Assembly (NCBI GenBank): GCA_000165425.1
Contig: CT868463.1
Location: forward strand, 186,001-250,000
Direction of reading: 5' to 3'
Origin: Paramecium tetraurelia
Lineage: Eukaryota
Length of the DNA stretch: 64,000 nt
Shown: positions 26,306-40,780 of the stretch, in pieces
Layout: every line of letters starts with the position of its first letter
How positions within the stretch are numbered: the first letter of the stretch is position 1
Position numbers and translations under genes: made by a program
Notes under the pieces: model-generated
Told to the model about the DNA's origin: nothing
Database searches by the model: none
What the model saw: only the letters and a program-made list of their open reading frames with translations

Positions 26306-28012
26306 ATGAACATTAAGGAAGAAAAAATAAAACTAATTCTCTAATTTTTACGATAAATTAAATATGATCAAACTTTCTAGAAACTCTAGGAACAATCATA
26401 AATTTAATTAGATCCTTAAAATTTAGAATTGATTACTCAATCTATTAGAAACTAAGACATAATATAATTAGAATAGCTACTCAATCAATATTTAGATGAA
26501 GAAACAAAATAGAAATGCATTTTGAAAGTATTGGAGCAAAAATACATTAAACTACTTAAATTACACAATATTTAGGAGGCAATCTAACTATTGAGAAATT
26601 AAATAACAATTTATTGCTCAGGTATATGTTTAAATATCCATATTTAGACGAAGAATTAAAGCATCAATATGCTTCTATGATATATCTTCCAGAACTCAAA
26701 GTAAAATAAGAATAAGAATTGATAGATGAAATTATATCGTTGTGCTATAAATAAATCGGATTAATTGAACCTAATAGATTAGTGACCTTAATACAATAAT
26801 AACAAGCAAATTAAGTATTGGATTGTCAATTCCATGTTAAATTAGAATAAAATTACAATGTTTTTAAATAGCACACATGCAATCCTTAATTAAATATAAT
26901 CAAGCAGAAGAAAAATATCCTTTTCTGCCTATTTTCAATTAATGGTCAATATAAAGCCTTAGTTCATGGACTCTAAATTTACTTATATTAATATGACAAC
27001 ACAAAAAATGAATACCAATAAACTCCGAGGAAAATATCAACTGGACATACTAGTGCGATTACATCAATTATATTCTCACCCTGCAGTAAATACATTGGAA
27101 CATCTTCACAAGATTTTACAGCCTTTGTGTATAACATATAAACAGAAAAAAAGTATAGAATTGAAGGACACAATGCAGTAGTATAATGTTTAAATTTTGT
27201 CTTATGTGATTAATCAAAGAAAAAGTAGAAAAATGAATATGATATTTACACTATTTCTATAGATGGATGGCTTTATGAATGGAATGAAAATGAAAGGAAG
27301 GGAGGATTAAAAATTGAGGAAAAATTGTTGAAATTACACTCACATCAACAGAAGGAATTAATGCTTTTAACTAGTTAAAATAAGATTAGTTTGTATCAAT
27401 TATATACAAAATAATAAATATCTTAGACTTCAACTTCTAACAATAATTAGAATTCAGTCGTAGATAAAAATTTTAATTTTGCCTTAGTTTTCATAAGTGA
27501 CACTATATCTCAATTGTATTTATATGCAATACCTGAATTATAATTGATCAAAGTATTCCAAACTACCTCCAGCTTAAATCCTTTAACTTCTCAATATGAC
27601 CTTGGATGGCTCAATTGTAATTTAATAGCTGCTGGTACTAACAAAGGTGATTTGTTGATTTGGCATATCCAAAAATCAAGTAGGCCAATTGAGTCTTATT
27701 AAGTAGTTATTTTATTTAAAATAGATATCAGATAATGCTAATGAATTGTCTTGTATAAAATTTCATCCTACTAAAAATTAACTCTGGGTGTATTCGCCAA
27801 AGGATTCAAGAAAACAACCATCATAATAGCAGTAAACAACTGAGGATTTAAGAGCCCAACTATTATAATCAAGGCATTAATACTAAAGATAATCAGGAGG
27901 GATGCAATAAATATTAACTCTTTTATAGATAATTGCTAGATAAGATCAAAATAATAGCATTCGATAATCAATGTAGTAGGAAGAAAAGGAAAGCAGTGAT
28001 GAAGATATGTGA
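26306..28012 (+). CDS. LisH/CTLH + WD40-repeat protein (WDR26/Gid7-like architecture)
   Basis: LisH-like IKLILQFLRQIKYDQTFQKLQEQS, IEPNRLVTLIQQ, WD40 blades (GHTSAITSIIFSP, IEGHNAV, SIDGWLYEWN, AGTNKGDLLIWH) and an acidic tail. Confidence 0.72.
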
Positions 28013-28359
28013 ATCTAATATATATAATTATTAATCCATTTTCAAGGAAATTTAGTATTCTATTATACTTGTTTTTATGGAAGAAATATCTATAGATTTC
28101 GATACCCAAAAATAAAAATGATCCTAAGATCTAAATAGATTGATTAAAATGACAGCCTTGTTTATTAAACATGTGTTCGAATTAAAATGATCCTTTAATA
28201 ATTACAGGTGGTTGAAGAGTTAGAACAATAATGGAAGCACAGAGTGGTATCAAAATGAAGTTCTGAATACGTAGATAATAATAGAATAGATTAATTATTT
28301 TGTGATTTATCTTAATATTAATAATTAAATCATAATAATAAATATCACATATAAAATCA

Positions 28360-28637
28360 ATGGGAATCTGTAGTTCATAATGTTCTGGTAAAAAAAAATT
28401 AAAAACTGAAAACACCAACCAAGGATAATTGGTAATTTTTCATTATTTATATAACCAAAAGAACTTAAATTTAGATCCAGATTATTTCAATGACTTCGAT
28501 CTTTATAATGAGCCCTTAATTATAAGCATAAATAAAGAATTTGAAAATATACACCAGCAGTTTCTTAATGTATGCAAATAAATTTAAAGTAGATCACATA
28601 AGAGCTTGATAAACTTTCCCAGTTTTTATTATCATGA
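28360..28637 (+). CDS. Small (about 75 aa) protein with N-myristoylation/palmitoylation-type N-terminus
   Basis: MGICSSQCSGKKKLK... Removing two canonical short introns (28432-28461, 28570-28589) gives a clean frame to TGA. Confidence 0.72.
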
Positions 28638-29302
28638 TTTAAACAAGAAGCTATATATGATAATAATTATTATTAATTCTTTTTATTTGTCTTTTAATTT
28701 TCACATTATGTTTAAATATGAAAAGCAGTTTGTGAAAGCTAATTTGCTTGAGAAATGCTCATATTAACATAATAAGATTCATGGTTGACGATTCTTTATT
28801 TTTAATAAACTATTTTATAATCCAAGAAGTTCAAAAAGGATGAAAGAAGTATATGGTTAGCAATATGAATCTTAAACTAAGGTGCTATTCCATATATCAA
28901 CTAATATTACGATTTTTTTCCGTATTAAATGTAGAGAAATAAAAAAAGAGGATGTTCGATGAATTAGAGTTGATATACATGTTAAAACAAATTGTAAAGT
29001 ATGATGATGACCATATTAATAAATATTAAACAAGATTTATATTTAATACAATACTGAATTCTACATACTAAAATTAGACATTGTTATTGGTTCCGATGAT
29101 GTTGTAATAGTCATAATTTACTATTAATAATATATATTATTTTTAATATTTATAGATTTAAATCTTTATAAAAATAGTGATAGACTTGAATTATTAATGA
29201 TAATGAAGTGCTAATAAGTAGTTTCAAAAACAAAGGAATAATAAAAATTGATATTCACTTAATGATTATTTTGATTAGAATTCATTAAATAAATTTGATG
29301 TA

Positions 29303-30029
29303 TCAATTATCAACATAATCAAGAATGTCAAAAGATTTATTATTATTGCTTGATAACTAAGATTATTTTTAATATTTAATTAGTTAGGCCTTCATCCACT
29401 CTTCATCATATTCCCTAGTTTTGTATTGGCATAATTCTACTCTCAAAGATGTTACCTACTATGAACAAGGGAAATTACTATTTTATTTAATCTGGCAATT
29501 TCATTTTTATATGACTAAACAGAATCATTACTTTTATCATCAATAAGTGAATTATATTTGGAATCCGAAGCCGTTTTTAAAGATGCAGATCTAACTAATT
29601 CAGTCTAAGTTTATTCAAACCTAGATAGTAATTAAAATACATTGATTATAATCTCTGATATTCTTTTTTGCTTTAGGAGACTTCCTCCTTCATTTTTTAA
29701 TTTTATTACTTCAATTCTTCAATGAGTTTTTATGTTTCGAGATCTTCAATTGCGCATAATTCTATTTTCTCAGTGCAATTAAGATATGAATCCAGTTTTT
29801 TGTAACTCTTTTGAGAAATGGAGTCTTTATCATTTGAAATGCTTTGTTTTAGTTATAAATTCTGTTGACTGAGCTTCTCAAATTTTTCTTAAAGAATTTG
29901 GTATTTGCTTTATAAATCATAATGAACTTCCTCAAACTAATAATAACGCTATAACAATTCTTCTAAGGCTATACATTTAGATGCTAGTTTATTTTATGGC
30001 ATTTTGATTAAAGTCTTAAAAGCTGACAT
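29303..30029 (-). CDS. Coiled-coil hypothetical protein
   Basis: MSAFKTLIKMPQNKLASKCIALEELLQRYY..., heptad-rich, two short introns, ends DILDYVDN*. Confidence 0.72.
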
Positions 30030-30101
30030 AAATATTTTAATAATAATTATTAGAAATTTGTTACAAGAAAAAGCTTAATCAAAATACAATCAATTAATCA
30101 T

Positions 30102-33100
30102 TCAATTCGTATTAATTGTTTCTCTTTAAACTTAGTCCATGAGCTTCTCATAATCAGATGGATCCACTGATTTTAAGATCCTCCTTAAAATATACAGAGG
30201 CACCCAACTCATTAACAAAATCAATATGACCCAGCCAAAAAAGGGTACATCAATTGTATCCTATACTAATAGTTGTTCAGGAAACAATAGCAAAGTCATA
30301 AGGTAAATCAACACGGATAACAAGTTTGACAGAATCATATAGATATGTAGAGACTCTAACTATAAAATTAGAATGATTAGTACTTCTGTAAGTGTCATAG
30401 CATATTATGTAAAGATCAAACAGGTGAATACAGTGGTTTCCAATCTCAAAAAGGCTTGTTTGATCAGAAGGATGGAACAAATCATTATAATGAAACCCTG
30501 GAATACAGCCTTCCAAATCCATATAAGAAATGTCTTTGTGTTAAGTAACCTCCCTTATTGGATTGATTTATAGAGAGGTGGGAATCTCAAGGCAATCTCT
30601 TGCTTGACATCTTCATCATAAATGATACAAAATACGGGAAACATCCTTTAATATAAGATATAATGAATACGTGAAAATAGTGGAATATCCAAACATCAAA
30701 AATCCTGAGAACAAACTGATTGACAGAAAGTAGAACAAGAACATAAATATAGTTTGTACTGTGGCAATCAGAAGACCTCTATGTAGAATAAATTAAGAGA
30801 GCAAAGAACTCCTTTTGTACGATAATCTCCCATGCCATAACAAAAGTAGATTTAAGGAGTTGAATTTCAAGATAGAGAAATCTGATGCTAAGGCAGCTTG
30901 CTTACCCTCCTTACCTTCAACTCCTATTCCTACATCACTAGATTATATCATTCCCACATCATTCCCTCCATCCCCCACTGCTGCTACAACAAGTCCTGAG
31001 TATTTCTTCAGGAGTTCAGTTACTATGGCTTTTTGTGTCGGAGAACATCTACAACAAATTACTGAGGGACAATTCATAGCTGCTTTCATAAATTGCTATT
31101 CGAATCCATGCAATGCTTCTTATAAACTGGTTCCATCAATTACTAATACATTATTTGAATTCGCCTCTAAATTTTATAAAATCAGAGACATTTAGATCTA
31201 TTTAATATTGATTAAGTACCTCATCAATAACATCTTTCATAATAATAAAATTCTGTGTTGCATGTTTGAGACCAGATAGAATGGCTATACAGATGGCTGT
31301 TTCCATTTTATCTCCTGTTAACATCCAGACATTGATTCCTGCATTCTTCAAGTTTTCTATAGTATGAGACACATCCTTATCTAATATTATTAATTACATC
31401 TTATAACTTATCTTCTACACCTGTAATTCCTATGAAATCCAATTGTTTTTCAAGTTATTCAATCAACTTTTACATCTTCTACTCTCTATTTTCAATCAAT
31501 TAAGCAGCCTTTATATATTCTTCATTCCACTCTTCATATTCCTTTTAAGTTAGTTTTTTATGAGCCAATACAAGTGTTCTCAATCCAACCCTTGCTAGAT
31601 TCTCGGTTTCCTCATCAATATAACTCTAATATTATTCAGGTAATAACTATTTGAGTACTACATCTGCACCTTTAACATAAAAATGAATCTAATTTTAATT
31701 GTTCTTTAGGATTATCCCCATCCTTTTATTTTCACTTGAAAATGGGAAACTGTTTAATATCTAGTATCTTTCCATTATTTTTAGTTCTTTTTGTTCAATG
31801 TGTATAATGATCTCTTTATCATCCCTTGATGATATATAGAAACCTTATTAGGCGGCAAATTTAATTAATGCAATTTCATCAGGAGACTAAGCTTAGTAAG
31901 TACGATTTCCATATTCATCATCTACTGGGGTAACATGATGACAAACACTTAGACAAGTAAAGAAGTCCCTCATTTTTCCACTCTTTTTATTTGGGTTTTT
32001 AAATTAATCATAGAGGATTTACTTTATTTTAGACATGTCTTCTTGTTCAATAGTATATTTCTCATTCTCCAATGAAAATCTCTTAAAAATCATTTCATTT
32101 TATGTGAGAGTGCCTCAATCAATTAATAATTAAATTTACCAGTTTTGTCACTTAATAAATACGAAATTCTACCTAAAGATTCAGGTATATTTGAATTCCT
32201 TGTAATAGTTCCCTCAATTTTAGTATCCCTATTGATTCTGATGGAATAGACTATTTTTGCAAACTCTAAATTGACTCTCATAGAAATCTAGAACTTATTA
32301 TAATAGATTACTGGAATGATGTTACTGACTAAGATCAAATAGCGCATATACATTTAGAGTACATATTTAAAATCCCTTGGAGGACTGCTAAATAATGTTA
32401 TGATAACAGCCAAAACAATCATAATGAAAAATGATAACTTACTCAACTTGTCAACTTCGACATCAAAAATTCCCTTCTTTGTTTAGGCCCTCTTTTGATT
32501 CATCATCATCTTGGCTTCATTGCCATTGTAGATTACTATCCCATATATCTATCCGACAGCCAATACACTGTTAGCCCAAACAACATTTTCTAAACTCGTC
32601 GATTCTCTAAGCTGTTTCCCATCCATCTCATTTATTTATACTAATCCCTTAAAACTATTGATATTTTAATGGGGTTCTTCAAACTAAATTAGTCCAGACA
32701 CTGATGTTAATAAATTGTCATCCATATTTTGAGTTAACTTGACGGATTTTCTCAACTTCCAATCAGTCTCTCCATCCAATTAATCTGTTCGAATAAATGC
32801 ATTTCCATCCTTGTCATCTGTTCTCAATATCAATAAGTCTGCAGGTATTCTTTCATCCTTATTCACCTGAACAATTTATCCTACTTATAGGTTCCCTGAT
32901 TTCTTATTCATCAAACCTTCTATAGTTAATATTTAATAGAGCTGATTGTTTATTTGTCTGTCTCTTGAGTGTCTCAAAATGTCGTCATATGCTTCTTTAC
33001 ACATAGATAAACAGACGACTATCGATAATGGACCCACATAATTGATGATAAATCCTTAGATTATAAAACATTATATTTTACCTACTTTTAAAGCAGGAAT

Positions 33101-33337
33101 GAATTAAGTAATTGTCAATCCCAAAAAGTACAAGTTAAAGAAATGTTAAAATTAATAAAACAAAACGAAAGGTAAAAATGTGAATATAGAGTATTTGCTA
33201 TTATTGATTTCATTACACGCCTTTATTTGAGAAATCGTCTAATTAAGTATTATTTCCCTTAATTTAATTTCTTTCTTTTCAATTAATGGGTCTAACACAG
33301 TTCCTCTTAGTGAAATTCCCTCTTCCTCTACTTTCAT
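30102..33337 (-). CDS. P4-ATPase phospholipid flippase, ATP9/Neo1 class (copy 1)
   Basis: [103 protein letters not shown]. Confidence 0.95.
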
Positions 33338-33663
33338 GATTATTCAGAATATTTATATTTAAATTAATGTGTAATACAGACTATTATGATGTGTTGACTC
33401 AATTAATATAATTATTAATATAAATTGCTTAATTCAAACTCATTCAAAATTAAATGTAGATAACACTAATGTTAATATTTTGGATTCCTTTTTTTATTAT
33501 ACAACTCATATAATTGAGTTATTTTACAAAACTTAATATATGATATATTAATCCAAATAAGCATAATATCATAGAATTGAAAATGGCATTTGCAAAATAA
33601 TTTGATACTTTACTAATTTATTATAATTACAGTATTAAGAAGTTTAAACGACTTTTGTGACAA

Positions 33664-34128
33664 TCATAAACTAATACATATTATTTTCTTTTTTATTCTA
33701 CTTCTTTTCAAACCAATATTTAGTCCATAATCATAGTGCAACATAATTAGTCAGAAAATTAATAGATAACATTAACCATAACGAAACCTTGGTACTGTGA
33801 ATAGCATTTTAGTTGTAATATAATTTGATGAATCTACCACTAAATAGATGCACGGATTTTAGAGAGTACTGTTTAGAATAATGCACTCTTAATTTAATTG
33901 CCTAATAATCGACTGAATACTCTATTCTAACCTAATTTGTTTGTCAGTATTTTATTCAAATCCAACGCTTAGATTTTCTTAAACAATCAGTTGATTCTAC
34001 TTTTTAATAAATAATCTAAGTTAAATGCTCATGTTCTCTATTTTCAATTGAAGTAATTAATTTAAGAATCATCTTCTTTTTAATTCTGGTTATTTTGATC
34101 TTTAGATTTACTCCTTCTCAAAATCCAT
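33664..34128 (-). CDS. Possible short hypothetical protein
   Basis: MDFEKEQIQRSKQPELKKK... stays open to TGA if one 23-nt GT..AG intron is removed. No domain; could be a decayed gene. Confidence 0.3.
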
Positions 34129-34188
34129 AATTGAGAGTATTAATGTTAAAATAAATAATTGCTTTTAAGAATATCAAATAAAGAAATT

Positions 34189-36183
34189 ATGTTTAAGTAC
34201 TAAAAAAGGAACACCCAAATGTTTAAAAATAGTTTATAGGGATTGTTGAGTGGATTAGATGTATTTGGACAACCTCCCGTATTGAGAATTTTAAAAAAAA
34301 GTAAATTCACCACTTCAACAGGGTTCTTTTGTACATCAGTAATCACTACCATCTGCATACTATATTTAATTTATTAAATCATATAATTATACGATCGAAA
34401 AAACCCTTTAGTTGTGTTTTCAGAGTATTAAATGACTGATACTGCTGTAAGATTATTTAATTATTAGAGCCTCTTCCTTTGTTAATGAATAACTTTACGA
34501 TGGCAATTTCAGTAGCCAATTTAAGTCTCAATACTCTTACAACATTAAATACACATTTTACTATTACAGTGAAAAACTGTATCAGAGTAAGACTAATTGA
34601 TGAATAAACAGGAAAAACTAGAATTCAGCAGAAGTATCTTTCCATTTTTATATATAAGTTGTACTGAATACCCAACAGAAGCATGCGATGATAAACACTT
34701 TGTTACGAATGTTCAAAAAGATTATTTTTAATCAATCAATTTAGGATATACATAATGTTTGAATTCAGACTAATGGAATAATTCACCTCCTGTAATTTTA
34801 ATAAAATTATATTAGAATTTATAAGGTCAAATAGCTGGCAAAACATATCAATATATTTCAATCATGGTGTAACAATGCAAGAATTCTACCTCATATAATC
34901 AATGTGCCCCTATAGAAAGTATTTAAGAGGAGTTGAAAACTGGCTATTACGTTGTTCATTTGTCAGATAATCTTGTCTAAATGAAATAACCAGGTAATCC
35001 ATTTTAAGAATACATTTCCCTCTAATATACAACCATGTCTATCGCAAATTCTAAAACCATAATCCAGAATTTAAAAGTGACTAATGTCATCACTGATAAA
35101 GGCCTAATTACAGAAGACAAGTCCGAATCCTCAAGTTTAATTCAGTATACTAATCGTGAGTCATAAGAAGAATACAATGATGAATTTTTAGTTCTCCACT
35201 ATATAACACTCGATCAAAGACAAGGTGAATATTCTAGATCTTATGCTAAAGTTCAAGCTATCTTAAGTACAATAGGAGGGCTCTATCAAGTTTTATTTTT
35301 AACCATTTACTCTATTTTGAGCCCTCTTATTTAAAAATTTGTGAATCTATAAATGGCTAATAAATTATTTAGATTTGAGAATTCAAATTATTCTTTTGAT
35401 GATGATTAAATTGCTTAAGACAATTTCATAATTTAGTCACCCAAATAATAATCCTCTTAACGAGTTTTAGACTTTGATATCAAAAAGTCCTCTTTTTCTA
35501 AATCTTTAGGCAGATCTCTCAAGTCGAAGAACTTCGAAAAAATTTAGGATTCTAAATCTATGAGTGAATATTTGAAGTCCAAGAAATAGTCTTTAAATTT
35601 AACTTTAAGAGATATAATTATTATGAGTTTAGGATGCAAGAAAAAAGAAAAAAGGCAAATCTAATATGCAACTGATAAGTTTATGTCTAAATTAGATGTA
35701 GCATATATCATATCAAAAATTTATGAGATTGATAAATTAAAATTGGTATTACTGAATGAAGACCAACTCTAATTATTTAATTATTTACCAAAACCTGTAA
35801 TTCCTTCTGCATTATTTGGAGATGATGCAGAAAGTAAAATTAAAGAAATTGAAGCAAAAAAGGCATACTAATTTATATTGCAAGATGAAAAATCAGATCT
35901 TTTAAAGTTGTAAGAGGCCTTTGTATCGTTTGCAAAATTGAAAAAGAAAAAAGAATTAACTTAAATAGACAAGAATATAATCGAAATCTTAGACGAAGAC
36001 ATTATTGAATTATTCTATACTTTGAATAAAGATCAATCAAAATTAGATTAAATTTTTAATTAGAAACTTAGTTTAAATCTTCAGGTTTCAGAACCTGATT
36101 TTAAAAAATCCCATTCAATAGCTGATGTTGACTACTCGGATGATTAACCAAATTCTATTCCATATTTGAGATCCAGATCTTGA
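34189..36183 (+). CDS. Two-TM ciliate membrane protein with large Cys-containing ectodomain
   Basis: LDVFGQP...KFTTSTGFFCTSVITTICILYLI (TM1), ectodomain with several Cys, RSYAKVQAILSTIGGLYQVLFLTIYSIL (TM2), then KLDVAYII...EIDKLKLVLLNEDQLQLFNYLPKP. Three introns. Confidence 0.85.
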
Positions 36184-36917
36184 TAACATTAAACATAAAT
36201 TAATTTCTCAAATGATTACTGATATATTTATAAATAAATTATCAACTAGTTATTTCAAAATTTATTTATTTTAAAATAATATTATTATTGAATTCATTTA
36301 ACAGGAGTTTTAAAGGAAATTAAATTAGAATTATCTGAAATATAATAATGGTTCCATAGTTTCAAGATTAGAAAAAATTTATATTTTTAGAATTTCATTT
36401 AATTACTTGCAAGATTTTAAAGTTTTTATGTAATAAATCATATCTATGGAATAACAATATCTAAAATTTAAAAAGTAGATAAGAAAACACAATTAAATAT
36501 AATCATAAAATTGCTTTTATTTTTCCTCTTAATAAGAAGAAGATTGAATTATTATTATCATTATTATAAAAGCAATTTATGTTTAATTAATATAAAAAAA
36601 ATATTTCTAAGTTTCTTTTGTAAATGATTAATTATATTATAAGTAACATCTCGTATAGCTAAATCAATAATTCTAATTCACTCTCTGCTCTGAAGTTAAA
36701 ATAGATACTAAATTAATAATATTTATTATAATCTATAATATATAAAGATTAAAGCTAAGAAAAGGAATCTTAGAATAAAGATAAAACATAATTAGATGAA
36801 TCTTTACACATTTTTAACTTAAAATTATGATTTATGTTGTGTATGATTTAATTAATATTGAAAGTTATAGTAATTTCTTAAAATTTTAAAAGTATTTAAT
36901 TTATATAAGTAAGGAAA

Positions 36918-37329
36918 ATGATAAGGATGTTAATGAAAAGATGCTTTACAGTCTAAATAAAAGAATTAGAGGAAGCAGGAAAAGTCATAAAGTTGAATAA
37001 ACAACACAAGAAAGCTGAAGTTGAATAATTTACTCCAATTCCAACATCACCTGTTCTTGGTCCAATAAAAATAGAGGATCCAAAAGTTTCCAATAAAACC
37101 TATAGATGGTGTTCATGCGGATTAAGTTAGAAATAAGTAAAAGAAATCGTAAATAATTTAGCCTTTATGCGATGGCTCTCATTAAGGAACATCATTTAAG
37201 CCATTTAGATTTACATTAGAATAAGAAACTGATTCTTTATAATTATGCGGATGCAAATTAACCAAAAATGTGCCATTTTGTGACGGATAAACTTGTGTAA
37301 ATCTTAGAAAGTAATCTGGTTAACCATGA
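36918..37329 (+). CDS. Mitochondrial two-motif CDGSH iron-sulfur protein (CISD3/MiNT-like)
   Basis: Basic presequence MIRMLMKRCFT, motif 1 WCSCGLSQKQ|PLCDGSH, motif 2 LCGCKLTKNVPFCDGQTC. One 25-nt intron. Confidence 0.9.
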
Positions 37330-38355
37330 GTGTTATAATAAATTTATGAATATCTATATTGCTTATATAATTTATTTGGAGCTTCTGTAAAAGTATATAT
37401 AAATTCTTATTATTTTGAGACTTGCAGCTTGAATCCAATTATTGATAATTACGAAAGATAAATCGTCTCATTCTCTTTTAGATCACCTGAATATTTTGTG
37501 CGAATTAATTTAAAATTGCTCAATTAAATTATTATCCATACTTTCAATCGATTATAGTAAATATTCAACATCACAAGCTTGACAATCATTTTAATAAAGC
37601 TATATTTCTTTCTAAAGAGAAATTAGCAAAAATTAAGGTGAACACTCACATTTTATATTGCAAACTTAATAGTATAAATTATTTTATAATTTATGCAATT
37701 TAATAAGTAATAATATTTGAACTAATCAATTGATAATAATTAGTTTTTTTTAGGTGAAGACTAATTAGCGTTATTGATTTTGGATAAGTAATCAAGCTTC
37801 TCTATAATTTTCTAATTAGCTACTACAAAAGAATGAATATAATATTAAACTTAAAATTAATATAACCCATTTTATTGTAATCAATTACTTATTCTCCATG
37901 ACTGAACCAAAATTCCATTTTTTTAGAGCTTACATAAAGATTGTTCTAAGTTTTAATCAATAAATATGAAAATCTCTTTAAATCTAATTTACAATGTGTA
38001 ATTAATAATAATAAGATGAATTAAGAACAGATTAGAGTTAATAATGACTAATTTATCAATAATAATAATGAAAAAGTAGGAAATATATAGCTTCTTAGAT
38101 TATTTCTATAAATAGTAATATTAAATTGCACAATTAAAATGTAGAGTTATTGAATAAAGTTGAATGGATTTAAATGCTATTCATTATTATTTTAAATCGA
38201 TTGGAATTATTTTATATATAATTTTGATTAGCTTATTATTTAACTACTTTAACTACTACTTTCTATTAATTGATCGAATTTAGAATCCTATTCAAACTTT
38301 ATTAAAATTAATGATTATATATGAAAAAACATTTCATAATATTGAATACATTAAG

Positions 38356-38727
38356 ATGAATATTGAGTTCCAGGATTAGGCTCTATAGAGGTAAAATTAT
38401 TGATAACATATATTTAGATCTGAAAGTAAATAAAAATTTATATTAATTGATAAATAATTAATGAATTCTGAAGCTGTATGCTTGAAACTCGCATCTAAAC
38501 ATTTTGATGAATAAATATTTTAAGAATTATTAAGTGAAGGTGATAAAAATGGATTAGAATACGTAAAATAAGTTTGGGAACCTACAGAAGCATCTACATC
38601 AGTTTCAATGGAATCATCAGAGAGTTGTGGTTATGTTAAAAAAATAAGATTATTAAATCATATAAACAAGTACCTTGATAGTTCATTGCATTCATCAACG
38701 ATTAAGAGATTAAGGGAATTACAATGA
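38356..38727 (+). CDS. Small hypothetical protein
   Basis: MNIEFQDQALQR|SESK...WEPTEASTSVSMESSES...RLRELQ*. One canonical intron. Confidence 0.6.
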
Positions 38728-38795
38728 AAAACACAAAATTTTATAATTAATTTTGCATATATTAAAATGATAATTAAATTATTAATAAATAAATA

Positions 38796-39918
38796 ATGGA
38801 CACAACAAATGCTCCTTAAATTATTGAACATCTCAACAAATCACTAAATTTCACTCCTTTTGTCACAAAATGGATTCCAGGAACAGCAAAATTTGTATTA
38901 TGTGGTTAACCCCCAAAAGCAAATGGAATTATTGAAATATTGTAGTTGAATAAAACAGAACTGAAAACCATATCATCAGTTATAAATACATATATCATTA
39001 GATTGAATAACCTAAAGGAATAAAATGTGGATAATTTTTGGATAATTTATTTGCATTTGGTGATTTTGATGGAAAACTGAAAGTAATAGATCTAGAAACT
39101 CGAAAAGTAAAGTTTAATTAGATATTAGACCACATTTGAAGTTAAGGCACATGATCAAATAATCAATTCTATTGATACATGCTATAATATTGGAGCTCCT
39201 GAAATTGTAACTGGTTCAAGAGATGGATGTGTAAGAGTGTGGGATCCAAGATAAGCAGCCCCAGTTGTATCATTAGAGCCTATTGAAAAAGATGTTATAC
39301 CAGATGCATGGAGTGTTTCATTTGGTAATTCATATAATGATGAACGTGTTATTGCTTGTGGTTATGATAATGGAGATATTAAGCTTTTTGATTTAAAATA
39401 AAACTAGTTGGTTTGGGATACTAATGTTAAGAATGGAATCTGCGGTATTGAATTTGATAGAAAGGATATCTAAATGAATAAACTAATAGCAACTACATTA
39501 GAAAGTATTTGAGATTTAAATTTAGGCAAAATTAATGTTTTTGATTTAAGAACTTTCAATAATGGATACGCTTCACTAACACATGAAGGGTAAAAATCAA
39601 CAATTTGGGGAGTCAAACACTTACCTTAAAATAGAGATTTATTCGCAACTCAAGGAGGGGATGGAGCTTTGAACATTTATAAATATTCTTATCCATCTTA
39701 AAGATAGATCTAAGATGCTGAAGGAAAACCTAAGGGAGTTATTGGAAAATTAGAACTACTCAACAAATAGGATGTTTGTTAATAGCCAATTTCATCTTTA
39801 GATTGGAATACTGACAAATTGGGTAAATAAAATAATAGTATTTTTAGGATTGGCATGCTTGTGTGGTTTGGATTAAACTTGCAAAGTAATTATTGTTACC
39901 AAATTAAATTTATATTGA
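38796..39918 (+). CDS. WDR92: WD repeat protein 92 (dynein axonemal assembly factor 10)
   Basis: [89 protein letters not shown], ends [10 protein letters not shown]. Confidence 0.93.
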
Positions 39919-40120
39919 TTGATTGAGTTTAATTGTAAAATAACATTCTTAATCATATATTCTCTTCACTCTTCGGTTTATTGAATAAAATAATTCTTAA
40001 TTTAAAACTTAATATCTTATTATATCTAATGTTAAAGCCTAAGATTTGCATTGTAATTTTATTCTTTTACGTTTTATAATAAAGATGATAATTAATTACG
40101 AATAATTTATATATTATTTA

Positions 40121-40780
40121 ATGGGTTAAATGTGCTCTACTGGTAAGAAAATCAAAATCAAAATTTACAACTCTTAAGAAATTATGATAATCCTAGATAA
40201 AGAACAAACCAGAAAAAACATAGAAACTATCTCTATTTAATTAAGAAACTCAATCTTCAATCTCTTTTAATTGATCGATACTAAGATGTCCCAGAACAAA
40301 CAGAAATTACTCTTCGAAACAGATAGAAGTAATGCACATAATTCCATTCATAAATTCTTAAGAATCTTAATTAATTAGTATTATATAGCATTTCAACAAA
40401 AATTTATGAATGTTGCTTATCCAATTCTAGAAATTTGTGTGGTTAAAGTAATATGAATATTAATTTAGATCTTAATTGAATCATATTTAGCCATGAAAAC
40501 TTTAAATTCTAAAGAAGAAATTTGGTGGAACCCTTAATATTTTTAAATTCGAAAAAGAGTGCTCGTTTAAGAATTTAAAATGGATATCAAACAGTAAAAA
40601 CCAAGTATTGAAGCTTCATTCATTGAATATCTACAGTTATTAATAGACATTATTGAATCTCTGCTTCATTAAGCTGGTCTAATTAACTAATAAGAAAAAA
40701 AAAATGTCCATTAAATAACAGAATCTCACACAGATACGAATCTATTTTATAGTGAATTGAGAAGAAATATTGATTTATGA
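40121..40780 (+). CDS. Hypothetical protein with putative acylated N-terminus
   Basis: MGQMCSTGKK...; one 21-nt intron; open to TGA at 40778. Confidence 0.72.
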
